Shown in pieces: positions 28,404 to 39,104 of a DNA stretch of 64,000 nt. The DNA is from an uncultured bacterium (lineage in GTDB: Bacteria; Margulisbacteria; Termititenacia; CAZZFK01). Position 1 is the first letter of the stretch; each line of letters starts with the position of its first letter. Location of the stretch: positions 82,246-146,245 of the forward strand of contig CAZZFK010000002.1 of the NCBI GenBank assembly GCA_964653455.1. Reading direction: 5' to 3'. The position numbers and the translations under genes were made by a program. The notes under the pieces are model-generated. The model was not told where the DNA came from. It searched no databases and saw only the letters and a list, made by a program, of their open reading frames with translations.

Positions 28404-29390
28404 TTACAGGGATAAATTCAGGTCTTTCAGCAGTTGCACATCCTGCTCCGGGCGTCTGCCTGCCGTGGTCAGATAATTCCCTGTCATAACGCCGTTCGCG
28501 CCGGCCCAGAACACCACGCTCTGCAGGTCACGCAGGTTCACCTCGCGCCCTCCGCAGATGATGATATCCTGCTTCGGCAGCACAAAACGGAACATGGCTA
28601 GGGTCTTTAGTATCTCCCGAGGACTGATACGTTTTTTTATCTTCCCGAGCGGCGTGCCGGGTATCGGGTTCAGGATATTGAACGGCACGGAATCAACGTC
28701 CAGTTCACGCAGGGCCAGCGCGAACTCCACCCGTTGGCGGGGCGACTCTCCAAGCCCGATGATACCGCCCGAACATATCTCGAGACCCGCAGCTTTGACG
28801 TTCCTGACCGTCTGAACACGTTCATCATAGGTATGTGTCGTACATATCTTTTTAAAAAAACTGCGAGAGGTCTCAAGATTATGATGCACGCGCTGCAGCC
28901 CTGCCTTTTTCAAAAGACATGCTTCTTCATATGTCATGGAACCTATCGACGCGCAACGCCGTATCTTCTTTTTTTGTGCGATGCTTTTGACCGCCTCAAG
29001 TATCCGTGAAAAGTCGTTCCGTGCGTTCGCGCTCTTGCCGCTGGTCACCAGCCCAAAATGACTGCAGCCTGCTTCTGCGGCTTTATCGGCGGCCTTCACC
29101 AGAGCGGCATGGCCCATGAGCGGGTAGGCCGGGGATGTTGTCTTATGGTGCGCGGATTGCGCACAGAACGCACAATCCTCGCTGCATACACCGGAACGAG
29201 CGTTCACGATACTGCACAGGACCGTCCTCTTCCCCTTGAAGCGGACGCGTATCTCGTTCGCTGCTGCCATCAGATAAGGAAGTGTGTCGTCATTCACGGC
29301 AAGAAGGGACAGCGCTTCTTTCGCAGATACTTTTCCGCCGTGGTCGAGGACCTTATGCTTTAACTGCTCTATCTTTTCCTGGACTTTCAT
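28404..29390 (-). CDS. bioB: Biotin synthase
   Basis: CSEDCAFCAQS radical-SAM motif plus BioB conserved regions. The probable start is the internal ATG at 29390; the track ORF runs to 29444. Confidence 0.85.
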   Translation of the reverse strand: MKVQEKIEQLKHKVLDHGGKVSAKEALSLLAVNDDTLPYLMAAANEIRVRFKGKRTVLCSIVNARSGVCSEDCAFCAQSAHHKTTSPAYPLMGHAALVKAADKAAEAGCSHFGLVTSGKSANARNDFSRILEAVKSIAQKKKIRRCASIGSMTYEEACLLKKAGLQRVHHNLETSRSFFKKICTTHTYDERVQTVRNVKAAGLEICSGGIIGLGESPRQRVEFALALRELDVDSVPFNILNPIPGTPLGKIKKRISPREILKTLAMFRFVLPKQDIIICGGREVNLRDLQSVVFWAGANGVMTGNYLTTAGRRPEQDVQLLKDLNLSL

Positions 29391-29484
29391 GTGCACCCAT
29401 GGCTCCTGATATATCACGAACATATCGTCAAAAAAGCATAGCACGCCTTTTCAACCGCGTCCGCAATGATATAATCCTCACACC

Positions 29485-30180
29485 ATGGCGAACAATACCG
29501 GACCGACCTTCAAGGGACTGCAGAACATCCGCATCGCGATCAAATCGTGGTGCCTGCTCACGATGACCCGGCTTGTCGCCTCTACCTGGAAAGTTGAGCT
29601 CCATGACCCGGAGAACGTCATTGCGCGGGCGTCCCGCAAAGAGCTCAAGGTCCTGTTCCCTGTGTTCCATCATACCTATCTGGTGTGCTTTCACGTGACA
29701 CAGCATCAGGGATATGTGACCCTCACCGCCGATAATGAAGCAGGGGAGGTCCTCTCCCGCATGATACATGCCATGGGGTTCACCACCTGCCGCGTCTCCG
29801 CCGACGATAATGCCCGCTCCGATGCCCGCGCTGCCATACGCATGATCGATGCCATGCGCGACGGCGCGTCAGGGGCTATCGCCGTGGACGGCCCGTCTGG
29901 TCCCGCCGGTAAAGTGAAACCGGGCACGTTCACTATCGGAGTAAAGAGCAGCGCGCATATCTACCCGGCTGCGACAGGCAGCCGCAGGGCACTTGTTCTG
30001 GAAAAACGCTGGGACAAGTTCCGCATACCGCTCCCGTTCACCAAGGTCACCGTACTGGTCGGACCGGAATTCATCCCCGTGCAACCGATGACCGGTGAAT
30101 CCCTGCAGACGGATTGTGAAAGACTGGAAAAGATATTGAAAGACCTGAACGTGAAAGCGGAAGCGGAAGCAAAGAATTGA
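29485..30180 (+). CDS. DUF374-family protein (lysophospholipid-acyltransferase-like, often next to Kdo transferase)
   Basis: AIAVDGPSGPAGKVKPG is a DUF374-like core. Size is about 230 aa. Confidence 0.55.
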   Translation: MANNTGPTFKGLQNIRIAIKSWCLLTMTRLVASTWKVELHDPENVIARASRKELKVLFPVFHHTYLVCFHVTQHQGYVTLTADNEAGEVLSRMIHAMGFTTCRVSADDNARSDARAAIRMIDAMRDGASGAIAVDGPSGPAGKVKPGTFTIGVKSSAHIYPAATGSRRALVLEKRWDKFRIPLPFTKVTVLVGPEFIPVQPMTGESLQTDCERLEKILKDLNVKAEAEAKN

Positions 30181-30211
30181 CTTCAGACTTTAGACTTCGG
30201 ACATACGACTT

Positions 30212-32050
30212 TTATTCCACCGTGACCGACTTGGCAAGGTTCCTCGGCTGATCGACATTACAACCTTTGGCGACCGCGATGTAATACGCGAACAGCTGCA
30301 GTGGGATAGAAGCGAGCAGCGAACTCAGCATTTCCGTAGTATGCGGGATATAAATAATATCATCGACCTTATCGGCCAGGTCCTCATTGCCTTCCGTTGC
30401 GATACCGATGACCTTGCCGTGACGGGCCTTCACTTCCATGATGTTGCCGATGATCTTATCGTACCTGCGACCTCTGAACGCAAGGACCACCGTCGGCATC
30501 TCGTTATCGATGAGCGCGATCGGACCGTGCTTCATCTCCGCCGCGGAATAGCCTTCCGCATGCACGTACGAGATCTCTTTCAGCTTCAAGGCCCCTTCAA
30601 GAGCGATCGGGAACCCGACCCCGCGTCCAAGATATAAGGCGTTCTTTTTCTGAACATACTTCATGGCGATCTGCCGTATCGCGTCCGATTTCCCGAGCAC
30701 TTGCTGTATCTTGTTCGGCAACTGGCGCAGCTGCTCGATCATTTCGCGCGCTTTATCCTTGGTCAGCGTCTTGCGCAGTAAGCCAAGATATATGGAGAAC
30801 AGGTACAGGACCACCAATTGGGTCGTGAACGCTTTTGTGGAAGCAACGCCTATCTCAGGCCCCGCATAGGTATAGATGACCGCATCGGATTCGCGGACGA
30901 TGGAGCTGCCTTCAACGTTGCATATCGCCAGCACTTTCGACTTACGGGACTTCGCTTCGGCGATGGCCGCAAGCGTATCCGCCGTCTCCCCGGACTGACT
31001 GATGGCGATAACAAGGTTCTTCTCGCTGACCAGCGGTTCGCGATATCTGAACTCAGCGGCGTACTCGACGACCGTCGGTACCTTTGCGTACCGCTCAATG
31101 AAGTATTCGCCGACCAGTGCCGCATGCCAGGACGTTCCGCAGGACACGAACGTGATCTGCTCAACGTTCAAAAGGTCCTGATCGGTCAGCTTCATCTCGT
31201 CGAACGTGATGCCGTCGAGCGTCTTTGAGATACGCCCCTGCAGGGTATCCTGTATGGCGTAGGGCTGTTCGAATATCTCTTTCAGCATGAAATGCGGGTA
31301 TTCACCCTTTTCGATCTGCTCCGAATCGAACGTGAGCTCCGCTATTTGTTTTTTCTTTTCGACACCGTCAGGGTCCGTGAACTTTACGCTGTCGCGCGTC
31401 AGAACGCCTATCTCATAGTCCTCCATATACACGACCTTGTTCGTATGCTTGATGAAGGCGGGTGCATCGGAGGCGATGAACACCTCATGTTCCCCCACGC
31501 CGACAACGAGCGGGCTGTGTTTTTTCGCGACAATGATCTTGTCCGGCTCTTTTTTGCAGATGACCCCTATCGCATATGCGCCCTCGACATCCTTCAGGGC
31601 CTGTCGAACGGCCTCATATATGTCATTGATCTTCGCATAATAGGTGCCGATCAAATGCGCGAGCACTTCCGTGTCCGTTTCGGACTTGAACACATGCCCT
31701 TTATCCTGGAGCGAGCGTTTGATGATATCGTAATTCTCGATGATGCCGTTATGGATGATGGCGATATCCCCGGACTGGTCCGTGTGCGGATGGCTGTTCA
31801 TTTCCGTGACCCCGCCATGCGTGGCCCAGCGCGTATGACCTAACGCTATCGGCCCCTTTATCGGGTCCTTCTTGTACAGACATTCAAGGTCCGCGACCTT
31901 GCCGGTACATTTATTGATATGGATGCCTTCTTTATTGAGGACAACGACACCTGCGGAATCATATCCGCGGTACTCAAGACGACGCAGCCCCTCGATGATC
32001 ATCGGGACAGCGTCCTGGTTATTGCCTATATAGCCGAATATGCCGCACAT
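30212..32050 (-). CDS. glmS: Glutamine-fructose-6-phosphate aminotransferase
   Basis: MCGIFGYIG is the N-terminal nucleophile Cys. Two SIS domains. Ends ...VTVE. Confidence 0.9.
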   Translation of the reverse strand: MCGIFGYIGNNQDAVPMIIEGLRRLEYRGYDSAGVVVLNKEGIHINKCTGKVADLECLYKKDPIKGPIALGHTRWATHGGVTEMNSHPHTDQSGDIAIIHNGIIENYDIIKRSLQDKGHVFKSETDTEVLAHLIGTYYAKINDIYEAVRQALKDVEGAYAIGVICKKEPDKIIVAKKHSPLVVGVGEHEVFIASDAPAFIKHTNKVVYMEDYEIGVLTRDSVKFTDPDGVEKKKQIAELTFDSEQIEKGEYPHFMLKEIFEQPYAIQDTLQGRISKTLDGITFDEMKLTDQDLLNVEQITFVSCGTSWHAALVGEYFIERYAKVPTVVEYAAEFRYREPLVSEKNLVIAISQSGETADTLAAIAEAKSRKSKVLAICNVEGSSIVRESDAVIYTYAGPEIGVASTKAFTTQLVVLYLFSIYLGLLRKTLTKDKAREMIEQLRQLPNKIQQVLGKSDAIRQIAMKYVQKKNALYLGRGVGFPIALEGALKLKEISYVHAEGYSAAEMKHGPIALIDNEMPTVVLAFRGRRYDKIIGNIMEVKARHGKVIGIATEGNEDLADKVDDIIYIPHTTEMLSSLLASIPLQLFAYYIAVAKGCNVDQPRNLAKSVTVE

Positions 32051-32154
32051 AGAAAGGCGATGATATCACACAGGGTTGGTGAATTCAATTTTTCAAAGGA
32101 ACGTGCCGGAGAAAACCACGGAGGACTGTCGCATCCCGTCCATCCAAACTACGC

Positions 32155-32679
32155 TCACCGAAAAATGGACAATATCCCTTTGCCCTTTTTTGGCCTGTCC
32201 GCGGCAAGCTGCATGTTCATAATGTCCTTTGTTTGAACGAACCCGTTCTTGATGTCCCTTTCGAACCCTTCCGGCATCAACCCATAAAAAACAGTTCGTG
32301 TCATTATCCTGTCGATCTGTGCATCCCCATGTGTGCTCTTTGATAGTACAAGATATGCAAGAGCATCTTTCATGCCATCATCAGCAAATTGACGATCGGC
32401 AACCGCAACAAATATCGTATGCCACCCATTGGACAACATGAGCACCGCATCTTTCCGATGATCAGGGTCTTTTTCGCCGCCCCTCCATTGACAATGCAGC
32501 GTATGAACGTTCTGGATATGGGCCCAGAAGCGGTCCTCGGCCATCAGACCGTCCACAAGTGCACTATATGGCAGAATACGAACTATACGAGTTCGATCTT
32601 TCTGTTTCCCGATGACCACCTCAACGATCGAATTTTGTTCGGTGGTGTCAACATGCTGCGCGATCACCTTATACAACAT
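32155..32679 (-). CDS. Hypothetical protein (174 aa)
   Basis: ORF preceded by palindromic elements in the upstream intergenic region. Confidence 0.4.
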   Translation of the reverse strand: MLYKVIAQHVDTTEQNSIVEVVIGKQKDRTRIVRILPYSALVDGLMAEDRFWAHIQNVHTLHCQWRGGEKDPDHRKDAVLMLSNGWHTIFVAVADRQFADDGMKDALAYLVLSKSTHGDAQIDRIMTRTVFYGLMPEGFERDIKNGFVQTKDIMNMQLAADRPKKGKGILSIFR

Positions 32680-32801
32680 ATCTGCTCCTTTAGTGTTGAA
32701 TCACTTTCTGCCTCGGGAATATATCGTCCCTGTACAGGGAAAATTTCAATGAATTTCATGTGCACATGAAAGATTGCTGTTGTGGTATATCGAACGCGAT
32801 C

Positions 32802-33866
32802 TTAACGCTGCACAAAGCTCACAAGCTGCCACCCGCCTGATGAATACCGTGCAATTATGGCCACATGACGGGACGACCGGACCTCATAGGTGAGCACGCC
32901 TTGTTCGTTCTTTTTGAAACAAGGCCCTGCCTGAACAACATCCGGAGCAGGGATGGCCAGGACCTCCTTCAGGAACTGAGCGCCCTTCATATTGCCATCC
33001 TGCAACATAGCGACGATACCAGGGACATCCACGTTCATTGTCGGGGCCTTTTTCAGGCGGACCTCTATGCCGTCGCCAATATACCGAGATATCGCGCCGC
33101 TATCTGGCGTGGCACACGCTTCTCGGAGCCCGGAAACAAGGCCAGCCAACGCGGTCAGCTTGTCCGCCTCCGTGCAGCTTTCAACGAACTCCGTATTGCC
33201 TGAGACGAGGAGCGTAGCGTTCAATACGGCAAGATCGGCATAATAACACCGGGGTCCGTTCTCATACCCGAAAACATCTTTTTTATATCTGTTCCGCACC
33301 TGATCATAGTATTGTCGTGCTTCATCATACCGGCCTTCCCGCGCGGCCATATTCCCGAGGCTGATCAGGACCTCAGGAACGAGCATGCACCGCAGAGGCT
33401 CATTGGCCATTCTGCCCCGCACACGCGAGATCGGCTTGTGATACAAAAGCTCGTTCCGATACTTTGAGAGCAGTTCCTTATAGATGTTCTTCGCTGCAAG
33501 AGTGTCCTTCACGCCGATATCCTGCAGCTCCGCGATCGTGAGGCGCATGGATACCGTGTTCTTCAGGTACTCTTCATTGCTCTTTATGCTGTCGATAGCG
33601 GACATATAGATCGAAGGGATATCAAGAACGAGCGCCCGTACAACGACCGGAACGATAAGATCGTTCGACTCCAATGGCTCGGGTAATGCCCGTTTTTGAG
33701 ACTCGGGAGCGAGCAACAATCCAGCGAACAGCAAGGCCGTACATACACCGACCGAAACGGCACCTATCGCGAAGATCTTTTTGCCTCGGCCTTTCGCTTT
33801 AACCGTGTTCGCCTTTTTGGGCATCTTCGCAGTTCTTTTCTTTTTTGGCACAGAACGCTCCTTCAT
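32802..33866 (-). CDS. Hypothetical membrane-anchored protein (354 aa)
   Basis: Lys-rich N-terminus, then one hydrophobic segment (IFAIGAVSVGVCTALLFAGLLLA). No recognisable domain. Confidence 0.45.
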   Translation of the reverse strand: MKERSVPKKKRTAKMPKKANTVKAKGRGKKIFAIGAVSVGVCTALLFAGLLLAPESQKRALPEPLESNDLIVPVVVRALVLDIPSIYMSAIDSIKSNEEYLKNTVSMRLTIAELQDIGVKDTLAAKNIYKELLSKYRNELLYHKPISRVRGRMANEPLRCMLVPEVLISLGNMAAREGRYDEARQYYDQVRNRYKKDVFGYENGPRCYYADLAVLNATLLVSGNTEFVESCTEADKLTALAGLVSGLREACATPDSGAISRYIGDGIEVRLKKAPTMNVDVPGIVAMLQDGNMKGAQFLKEVLAIPAPDVVQAGPCFKKNEQGVLTYEVRSSRHVAIIARYSSGGWQLVSFVQR

Positions 33867-33941
33867 CCTCTTTTATGAAAAAAGTATACCATAAATTATT
33901 CCGGGAGATTTATCCGTGCATGCCCCGCCGGAGATGCGGGA

Positions 33942-34460
33942 CTATGAAGATGATGTCCTGCTGGACTCGGTCACCGATGTTGCTTTTTCGAACTGATATA
34001 TCGCGGTCTTTTGATAATTACGCTTCGTCTCGCCCCTGAACATGTTCACGAACTTTGAGGACATGCTCTTGAACGTTGAGGTCAGGATGTAATAACTTGC
34101 CGTTTGCAGGGATTTTTTTCTCTCGCTCGCCAGAGGGTCATCGGTCTCTGTGCTTTCCGTGGAACTGTTCTCGCTCTCGACCCTCGACAATGTGTCCAGG
34201 GGATCGCTCGAGTTTTTTTCGCTGGATGAGGACTTCTTTGTCCCTGAACTTGTCTGGGTCAGGACCTTTGCAGAGGACTGCTTCATCAGACTTATCGCTT
34301 CGGCCGCGATCTTTTGCTCCTGTTTTTGTTTGATCACGGGATCGGCCTGCTCGCCGGCGATCGAGATCGTATTGGCGGCGGAACCCACGATATGCCGAGC
34401 CTGGATCAGGGCCTCTGTCTTGCTGAGCGGGGTGGCTTGCGTTACTTTATTTGTTTTCAT
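33942..34460 (-). CDS. Ser/Thr-rich low-complexity hypothetical protein
   Basis: Start chosen at MKTNKVTQ (ATG 34460), which has a GGAGG RBS 7 nt upstream. Compositionally biased. Confidence 0.4.
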   Translation of the reverse strand: MKTNKVTQATPLSKTEALIQARHIVGSAANTISIAGEQADPVIKQKQEQKIAAEAISLMKQSSAKVLTQTSSGTKKSSSSEKNSSDPLDTLSRVESENSSTESTETDDPLASERKKSLQTASYYILTSTFKSMSSKFVNMFRGETKRNYQKTAIYQFEKATSVTESSRTSSS

Positions 34461-34647
34461 TTCCGGCCTCCAATAATAAAGGGACCCCTCAAGGTCCCCC
34501 ATATTTTAACCCGTTTACACCTATATTATCGGCAGATAGAGGAAAAAACTTGCATGGTATTTATCATAAAAAGGGCAGGTCACGAACGATAAAAATATGA
34601 TAAAATGCCGGCGTTTTTGCACGTATCAATAATTCAGGAGGAAGATC

Positions 34648-35025
34648 ATGATCCCGAAAGACCTTCAATACACAAAAGAACACGAATGGGTGAAAATGGA
34701 AGGCAATACCGCCACGATCGGTATCACGCACCATGCCCAATCCGAGCTCGGAGATATCGTGTTCGTTGAAACACCTTCGGTCGGTTCAACGGTCACCCAG
34801 ATGAAAGAGTTCGGCGTCGTTGAATCGGTCAAGACCGTGTCCAATCTGTACGCTCCCGTTTCCGGTACCGTTGAAGCGGTCAACGAGATACTCTCCAGCA
34901 ATCCTGAAACGATCAACACCGACCCGTACAAGAACGGCTGGATCATCAAGGTCTCATTGTCGGATACCGGTGAACTTAAAAATCTATTGTCCGCGGAAGC
35001 CTACGAAAAAGTGATCAAGGCATAA
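34648..35025 (+). CDS. gcvH: Glycine cleavage system H protein
   Basis: ESVKTVS contains the lipoyl-lysine motif. AGGAGG RBS. Confidence 0.9.
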   Translation: MIPKDLQYTKEHEWVKMEGNTATIGITHHAQSELGDIVFVETPSVGSTVTQMKEFGVVESVKTVSNLYAPVSGTVEAVNEILSSNPETINTDPYKNGWIIKVSLSDTGELKNLLSAEAYEKVIKA

Positions 35026-35055
35026 CACCAAGGACAGCGCAGGAGCTCAACGTAC

Positions 35056-36366
35056 GTGCCATATCTTCCTCATACTGAAGCCGAACGCAAGGTCATGCTT
35101 GATGAGATAGGCGTGTCCTCTATCGAGGACCTGCTCTCGGATATCCCCAAGGACCTTCGCGCAAAACCCGTTCAACTGCCTAAAGCTGTTTCCGAGCCGG
35201 AACTGCTGAGAGAGATCGAACAGCTCCTTTCCAAGAACACAGGAACAGGATTAAGCGCTCCGACCTTCCTGGGCGGCGGAAGTTATCGTCACTTTATCCC
35301 TGCGGTCGTCCCGCAGTTGGCCATGCGCAGTGAGTTCTACACCGCGTATACGCCGTACCAGCCGGAGATAAGCCAGGGAACGCTCACGGCGATATTTGAA
35401 TATCAGTCCATGCTCTGCGCACTGACCGGCATGGATATCGCCAACGCTTCGATGTACGACGGCGCGACCGCGACGGCTGAAGCTGCGGTCCTTTCCTGCG
35501 CACAGACCCGAAGATCAGAGATCGTGCTGGACAAGGGTCTCAATCCGAACTACACACAGGTCGTACGTACGTATCTTTCCGCGCGCGGTATCGCCATAAA
35601 AGAAATGAACGTCCGTACTGACATATTGCCGCCGACCTGTGCAGGCGCGGTCGTACAATCCCCGGATTTTTACGGCAATATCCTCGACCTGAGCGGTGTT
35701 GCCGAAAAAGTGCACGCGCTCAACGGACTGCTCACCGTCGTGTACGACCCGCTGTCCCTGGGCGTGCTCAAGACCCCGGGAGAATGGGGCGCGGATATCG
35801 CGGTCGGAGAAGGACAGGCCCTCGGCAACCCGCAATCTTTCGGCGGACCGGCACTGGGGCTGTTCACCGCAAAAAAAGAGCTCCAGCGTTTGATGCCCGG
35901 GCGTATCGTCGGCAAGACCCGTGATGTTGATGGGAAAGACGGGTACGTTCTGACGCTGCAGACCAGGGAACAGCATATACGCCGCGAAAAGGCGACCTCG
36001 AACATCTGCTCCAACGAAGCGCTCTGTGCGCTGCAGGCCGCGATATATCTGGCCTATATGGGACCACAAGGGTTAAAAAAGCTCGGTGAGCTCCTGCTCA
36101 AGATCAATGCCTATGCAAAAAAGACACTGTCGTCCGTTCCCGGGTTCACGGTACAGAATACCGGGGCCACGTTCAAGGAATTCGTACTTGTCTGCCCGAG
36201 ACCGGCAAAGGACATCAATGCCCTCATCTCCAGGAGCGGGATGACCGGCGGACTGGACCTTGGGACGGTCGACGCATCCCGCAAGAACGAACTGCTCATA
36301 TGTACGACCGAGCTGACGACCAAGGCTGACATCGACAAATTGGCCGAGATACTGAAGAAAGGCTAG
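35056..36366 (+). CDS. gcvPA: Glycine dehydrogenase (decarboxylating) subunit 1
   Basis: [20 protein letters not shown]... is typical GcvPA. Confidence 0.9.
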   Translation: MPYLPHTEAERKVMLDEIGVSSIEDLLSDIPKDLRAKPVQLPKAVSEPELLREIEQLLSKNTGTGLSAPTFLGGGSYRHFIPAVVPQLAMRSEFYTAYTPYQPEISQGTLTAIFEYQSMLCALTGMDIANASMYDGATATAEAAVLSCAQTRRSEIVLDKGLNPNYTQVVRTYLSARGIAIKEMNVRTDILPPTCAGAVVQSPDFYGNILDLSGVAEKVHALNGLLTVVYDPLSLGVLKTPGEWGADIAVGEGQALGNPQSFGGPALGLFTAKKELQRLMPGRIVGKTRDVDGKDGYVLTLQTREQHIRREKATSNICSNEALCALQAAIYLAYMGPQGLKKLGELLLKINAYAKKTLSSVPGFTVQNTGATFKEFVLVCPRPAKDINALISRSGMTGGLDLGTVDASRKNELLICTTELTTKADIDKLAEILKKG

Positions 36367-36370
36367 GGAA

Positions 36371-37813
36371 ATGGCAGAACCGACCATATTCGAATACAGT
36401 AATTCCGGCAGAAGCGCGTTCACGCTCCCGGATTTCGAAGGGACATCCGTAGCGCTTCCCGCAGCCCTGGTCCGCACGTCCACGCTCGCACTCCCGGAGG
36501 TCTCGGAGCTCGATCTGGTCCGCCACTATGTAAAGCTCTCTCAGCAGAACCATGCCGTTGACACGGGGTTTTACCCGCTCGGTTCCTGTACGATGAAATA
36601 TAACCCGAAGATCAATGAAGCTGTTGCGGCCCATCCCGGTATCTGCGGTCTCCATCCGCTGCAACATGACGCAGATGTTCAGGGTATATTGGAACTACTC
36701 TACAACTGCGAACAATATCTGTGCGCCCTGTTCGGCTACGAACGATTCACGCTGCAGCCCGTCGCCGGCGCGCACGGAGAATTGACGGGTATCCAGATCA
36801 TGCGCGCCTATCATCTTTCACGTAAAGATACAAAGCGCAGGAAAGTGCTCGTGCCGGATTCCTCTCACGGGACCAATCCGTCGACGGCCACTGCCGCCGG
36901 GTTCGAGACCGTGGTCATACCGTCAAATGCTGACGGGAACGTTGACCTGGAGGCGCTGAAAAAAGCGCTCGGCGATGATGTCGCAGGGCTTATGCTCACC
37001 AATCCCAATACGCTCGGCCTTTTTGACGAGAACATCAAGGAGATCGCACGCCTGGTTCATGCTGCAGGCGGCCTTGTGTATTACGACGGTGCCAACGCCA
37101 ACGCCACGATGGGTATCGTACGCCCCGGAGATATGGGCTTCGATATCTGTCATCTTAATCTGCATAAAACGTTCTCGACGCCTCACGGCGGCGGCGGCCC
37201 CGGCTCCGGACCGGTCGGCGTCAAAAAAGAGCTCGTGCAGTTCCTGCCAAGCCCTCTCATCAATAAAAAAGGTGACCGTTTCGAGCTTGAAACGGACAGA
37301 CCTCACAGCATCGGTAAAATGCACAGTTTTTACGGGAATGTCGGCGTTGTTGTCCGCGCCTACTGCTACATACGCATGATGGGGGCGGAAGGGCTCAGGC
37401 GCGCGAGCGAGGACGCGATACTCAACGCGAACTACATCATGGCCCGGCTGCGCGACCATTACGATATCGCCTTCCCCAGGGCCTGCAAACATGAGTTCGT
37501 CATCTCGGCCAAAGCCCTGAAACGGGACCACAACATCAAGGCCCTCGATATCGCCAAAAGGCTGATCGATTACGGCTTCCATCCGCCGACGATCTATTTC
37601 CCGCTCATCGTGAGCGAATGTCTGATGATCGAGCCGACCGAGACGGAAACGAAAGAAACGCTCGATCATTTTTCAGATGTCATGATCACGATAGCCAAAG
37701 AAGCAAAAGAACATCCGGAGCTGCTGCACGATGCTCCGCATCATACGCCGGTCCGCCGGCTCGACGAAGTAAAGGCCGTCAAAGAGCCGTGCCTGTGTTA
37801 CTGCGAGGATTGA
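36371..37813 (+). CDS. gcvPB: Glycine dehydrogenase (decarboxylating) subunit 2
   Basis: PLP-dependent; ...SCTMKYNPK... The [16 protein letters not shown] motif is present. Confidence 0.9.
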   Translation: MAEPTIFEYSNSGRSAFTLPDFEGTSVALPAALVRTSTLALPEVSELDLVRHYVKLSQQNHAVDTGFYPLGSCTMKYNPKINEAVAAHPGICGLHPLQHDADVQGILELLYNCEQYLCALFGYERFTLQPVAGAHGELTGIQIMRAYHLSRKDTKRRKVLVPDSSHGTNPSTATAAGFETVVIPSNADGNVDLEALKKALGDDVAGLMLTNPNTLGLFDENIKEIARLVHAAGGLVYYDGANANATMGIVRPGDMGFDICHLNLHKTFSTPHGGGGPGSGPVGVKKELVQFLPSPLINKKGDRFELETDRPHSIGKMHSFYGNVGVVVRAYCYIRMMGAEGLRRASEDAILNANYIMARLRDHYDIAFPRACKHEFVISAKALKRDHNIKALDIAKRLIDYGFHPPTIYFPLIVSECLMIEPTETETKETLDHFSDVMITIAKEAKEHPELLHDAPHHTPVRRLDEVKAVKEPCLCYCED

Positions 37814-37843
37814 GCGGCCAGTTCATCCTGCCTCCCACACTAT

Positions 37844-38329
37844 ATGCAAAAAGACCTGCCGATACGCTCAAGGCTACGCATCCTGGCCACTAAACATATC
37901 TCGGACGGCCCATACCCCGTCACGGCGGCGGGTGCGGTGACCGTTCATCGATTCAAGGACATATTCTCGCCGGTCAGCAGTATCGTTCTGGAACAGGACA
38001 TGACCGTCCGGACGGTGAACGGCGGTACCCTTGGCACGTTGGAACATCTGGACATGCTCAAACCGTCCCACACCTGGATCGTGGTCAGTGAAGAGCACAT
38101 CGAGATGGTCATCACCCTCCGCAACGATATGCCCAGACATGTCCCGGTCATCAGAGAGAAGATGCTCGACATGCCCGCACAATGGCACGACCTCCAGTTC
38201 CTGGATATGCTGATACCCGAAGGCCATTTCTGCGGTCATACGCTGTATGACCTGTCCGCCGTTGGTGTATCCGGAGAACGTATCCTGATCGCCCCGGACA
38301 ATACCATCGCGTACATCGTCCGCACGTAG
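37844..38329 (+). CDS. Hypothetical protein (161 aa)
   Basis: Fills the gap between gcvPB and the lplA-like gene on the same strand. The opposite-strand ORF 37874-38485 looks like an antisense artefact. Confidence 0.35.
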   Translation: MQKDLPIRSRLRILATKHISDGPYPVTAAGAVTVHRFKDIFSPVSSIVLEQDMTVRTVNGGTLGTLEHLDMLKPSHTWIVVSEEHIEMVITLRNDMPRHVPVIREKMLDMPAQWHDLQFLDMLIPEGHFCGHTLYDLSAVGVSGERILIAPDNTIAYIVRT

Positions 38330-38372
38330 CCGTTCACTTGTGATGCCCCCCTGCTGACGGTACAATCCGCAC

Positions 38373-39050
38373 ATGCTGAACATCATCATTGACGCGGCCG
38401 CGGCCGGCGCCTTCAACATGCAAAAAGATCTTGAATTGTTCGCTGCCCGTGAGAATAACAATGAACCGTCGCCGACATTGCGCATCTACCAGTGGCAGCC
38501 GCAATGTATCTCTCTCGGCTACGGCCAGAACGAGAACGCGCTCCTGAACGTCGAGGCCTGCCGAAAGGCGGGGTGGGACATCGTGAAGCGCATCACGGGC
38601 GGCGGTATCGTGTTCCACAATACCGACGAGATAACGTACAGTTTGTTCCTGCCGCTCGATCACCCGAAGCTCCCGCAGGGCATCATCCCGTCGTGCAACT
38701 TCATCTCGAACCTCCTGATCAAAGCACTGCACGATATCGGTGTGGCCGATGCCCGCCTCGCGGAGCATGCGGGGGTCGACTCGAACCGCGGAGTGGCCGT
38801 CTGTTTTTCACGCCCGACAAAATACGAGGTCGTTGTCGGAGATAAAAAGATCATCGGCAGTGCCCAGAAACGCGGGCAGAGGACCCTCATGCAACATGGC
38901 AGTATCTGTGTTTCACGGACAACGGACATTGCCGCTCTCGTCAAAGAACCCTTCGAGGATACCAGTATCGGCCTGGTGGACATCCTGAATGAACGTTTTT
39001 CTGTGCCTTCGCTCATTGCGGCCCTGACCGCTGCACTGCAGGTCCTGTAA
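38373..39050 (+). CDS. Lipoate-protein ligase / octanoyltransferase family protein (BPL_LplA_LipB catalytic domain)
   Basis: ...RIYQWQPQCISLGYGQ...ITGGGIVFH... resemble LplA/LipM-family motifs. Its position next to gcvH fits H-protein lipoylation. Confidence 0.65.
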   Translation: MLNIIIDAAAAGAFNMQKDLELFAARENNNEPSPTLRIYQWQPQCISLGYGQNENALLNVEACRKAGWDIVKRITGGGIVFHNTDEITYSLFLPLDHPKLPQGIIPSCNFISNLLIKALHDIGVADARLAEHAGVDSNRGVAVCFSRPTKYEVVVGDKKIIGSAQKRGQRTLMQHGSICVSRTTDIAALVKEPFEDTSIGLVDILNERFSVPSLIAALTAALQVL

Positions 39051-39104
39051 ATATGCCCGCTGCAATAAACTAGTTCTCCTGTCGATCAATTATCAGAAAG
39101 GGAC

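Noticed and set aside
32051-32154. Possible glmS ribozyme upstream of glmS
   Set aside because: Only 104 nt separate glmS from the next gene. The minus-strand leader lacks the conserved glmS-ribozyme core (no P1/P2 GCGCCAGAACU-type elements). I saw only a coincidental TTTTTCGG.
34503-34647. Possible glycine riboswitch upstream of gcvH
   Set aside because: No tandem aptamer consensus (GGAGAG...ACCGAAGGGGCAA) is present. The region looks like an ordinary AT-rich promoter with a strong AGGAGG RBS.
37874-38485. 203-aa minus-strand ORF between gcvPB and the lplA-like gene
   Set aside because: It overlaps the lplA-like start. It is rich in Arg/Gly/Asp with no motifs. The co-directional plus-strand 161-aa ORF fits the gap better. 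Even that call is weak.
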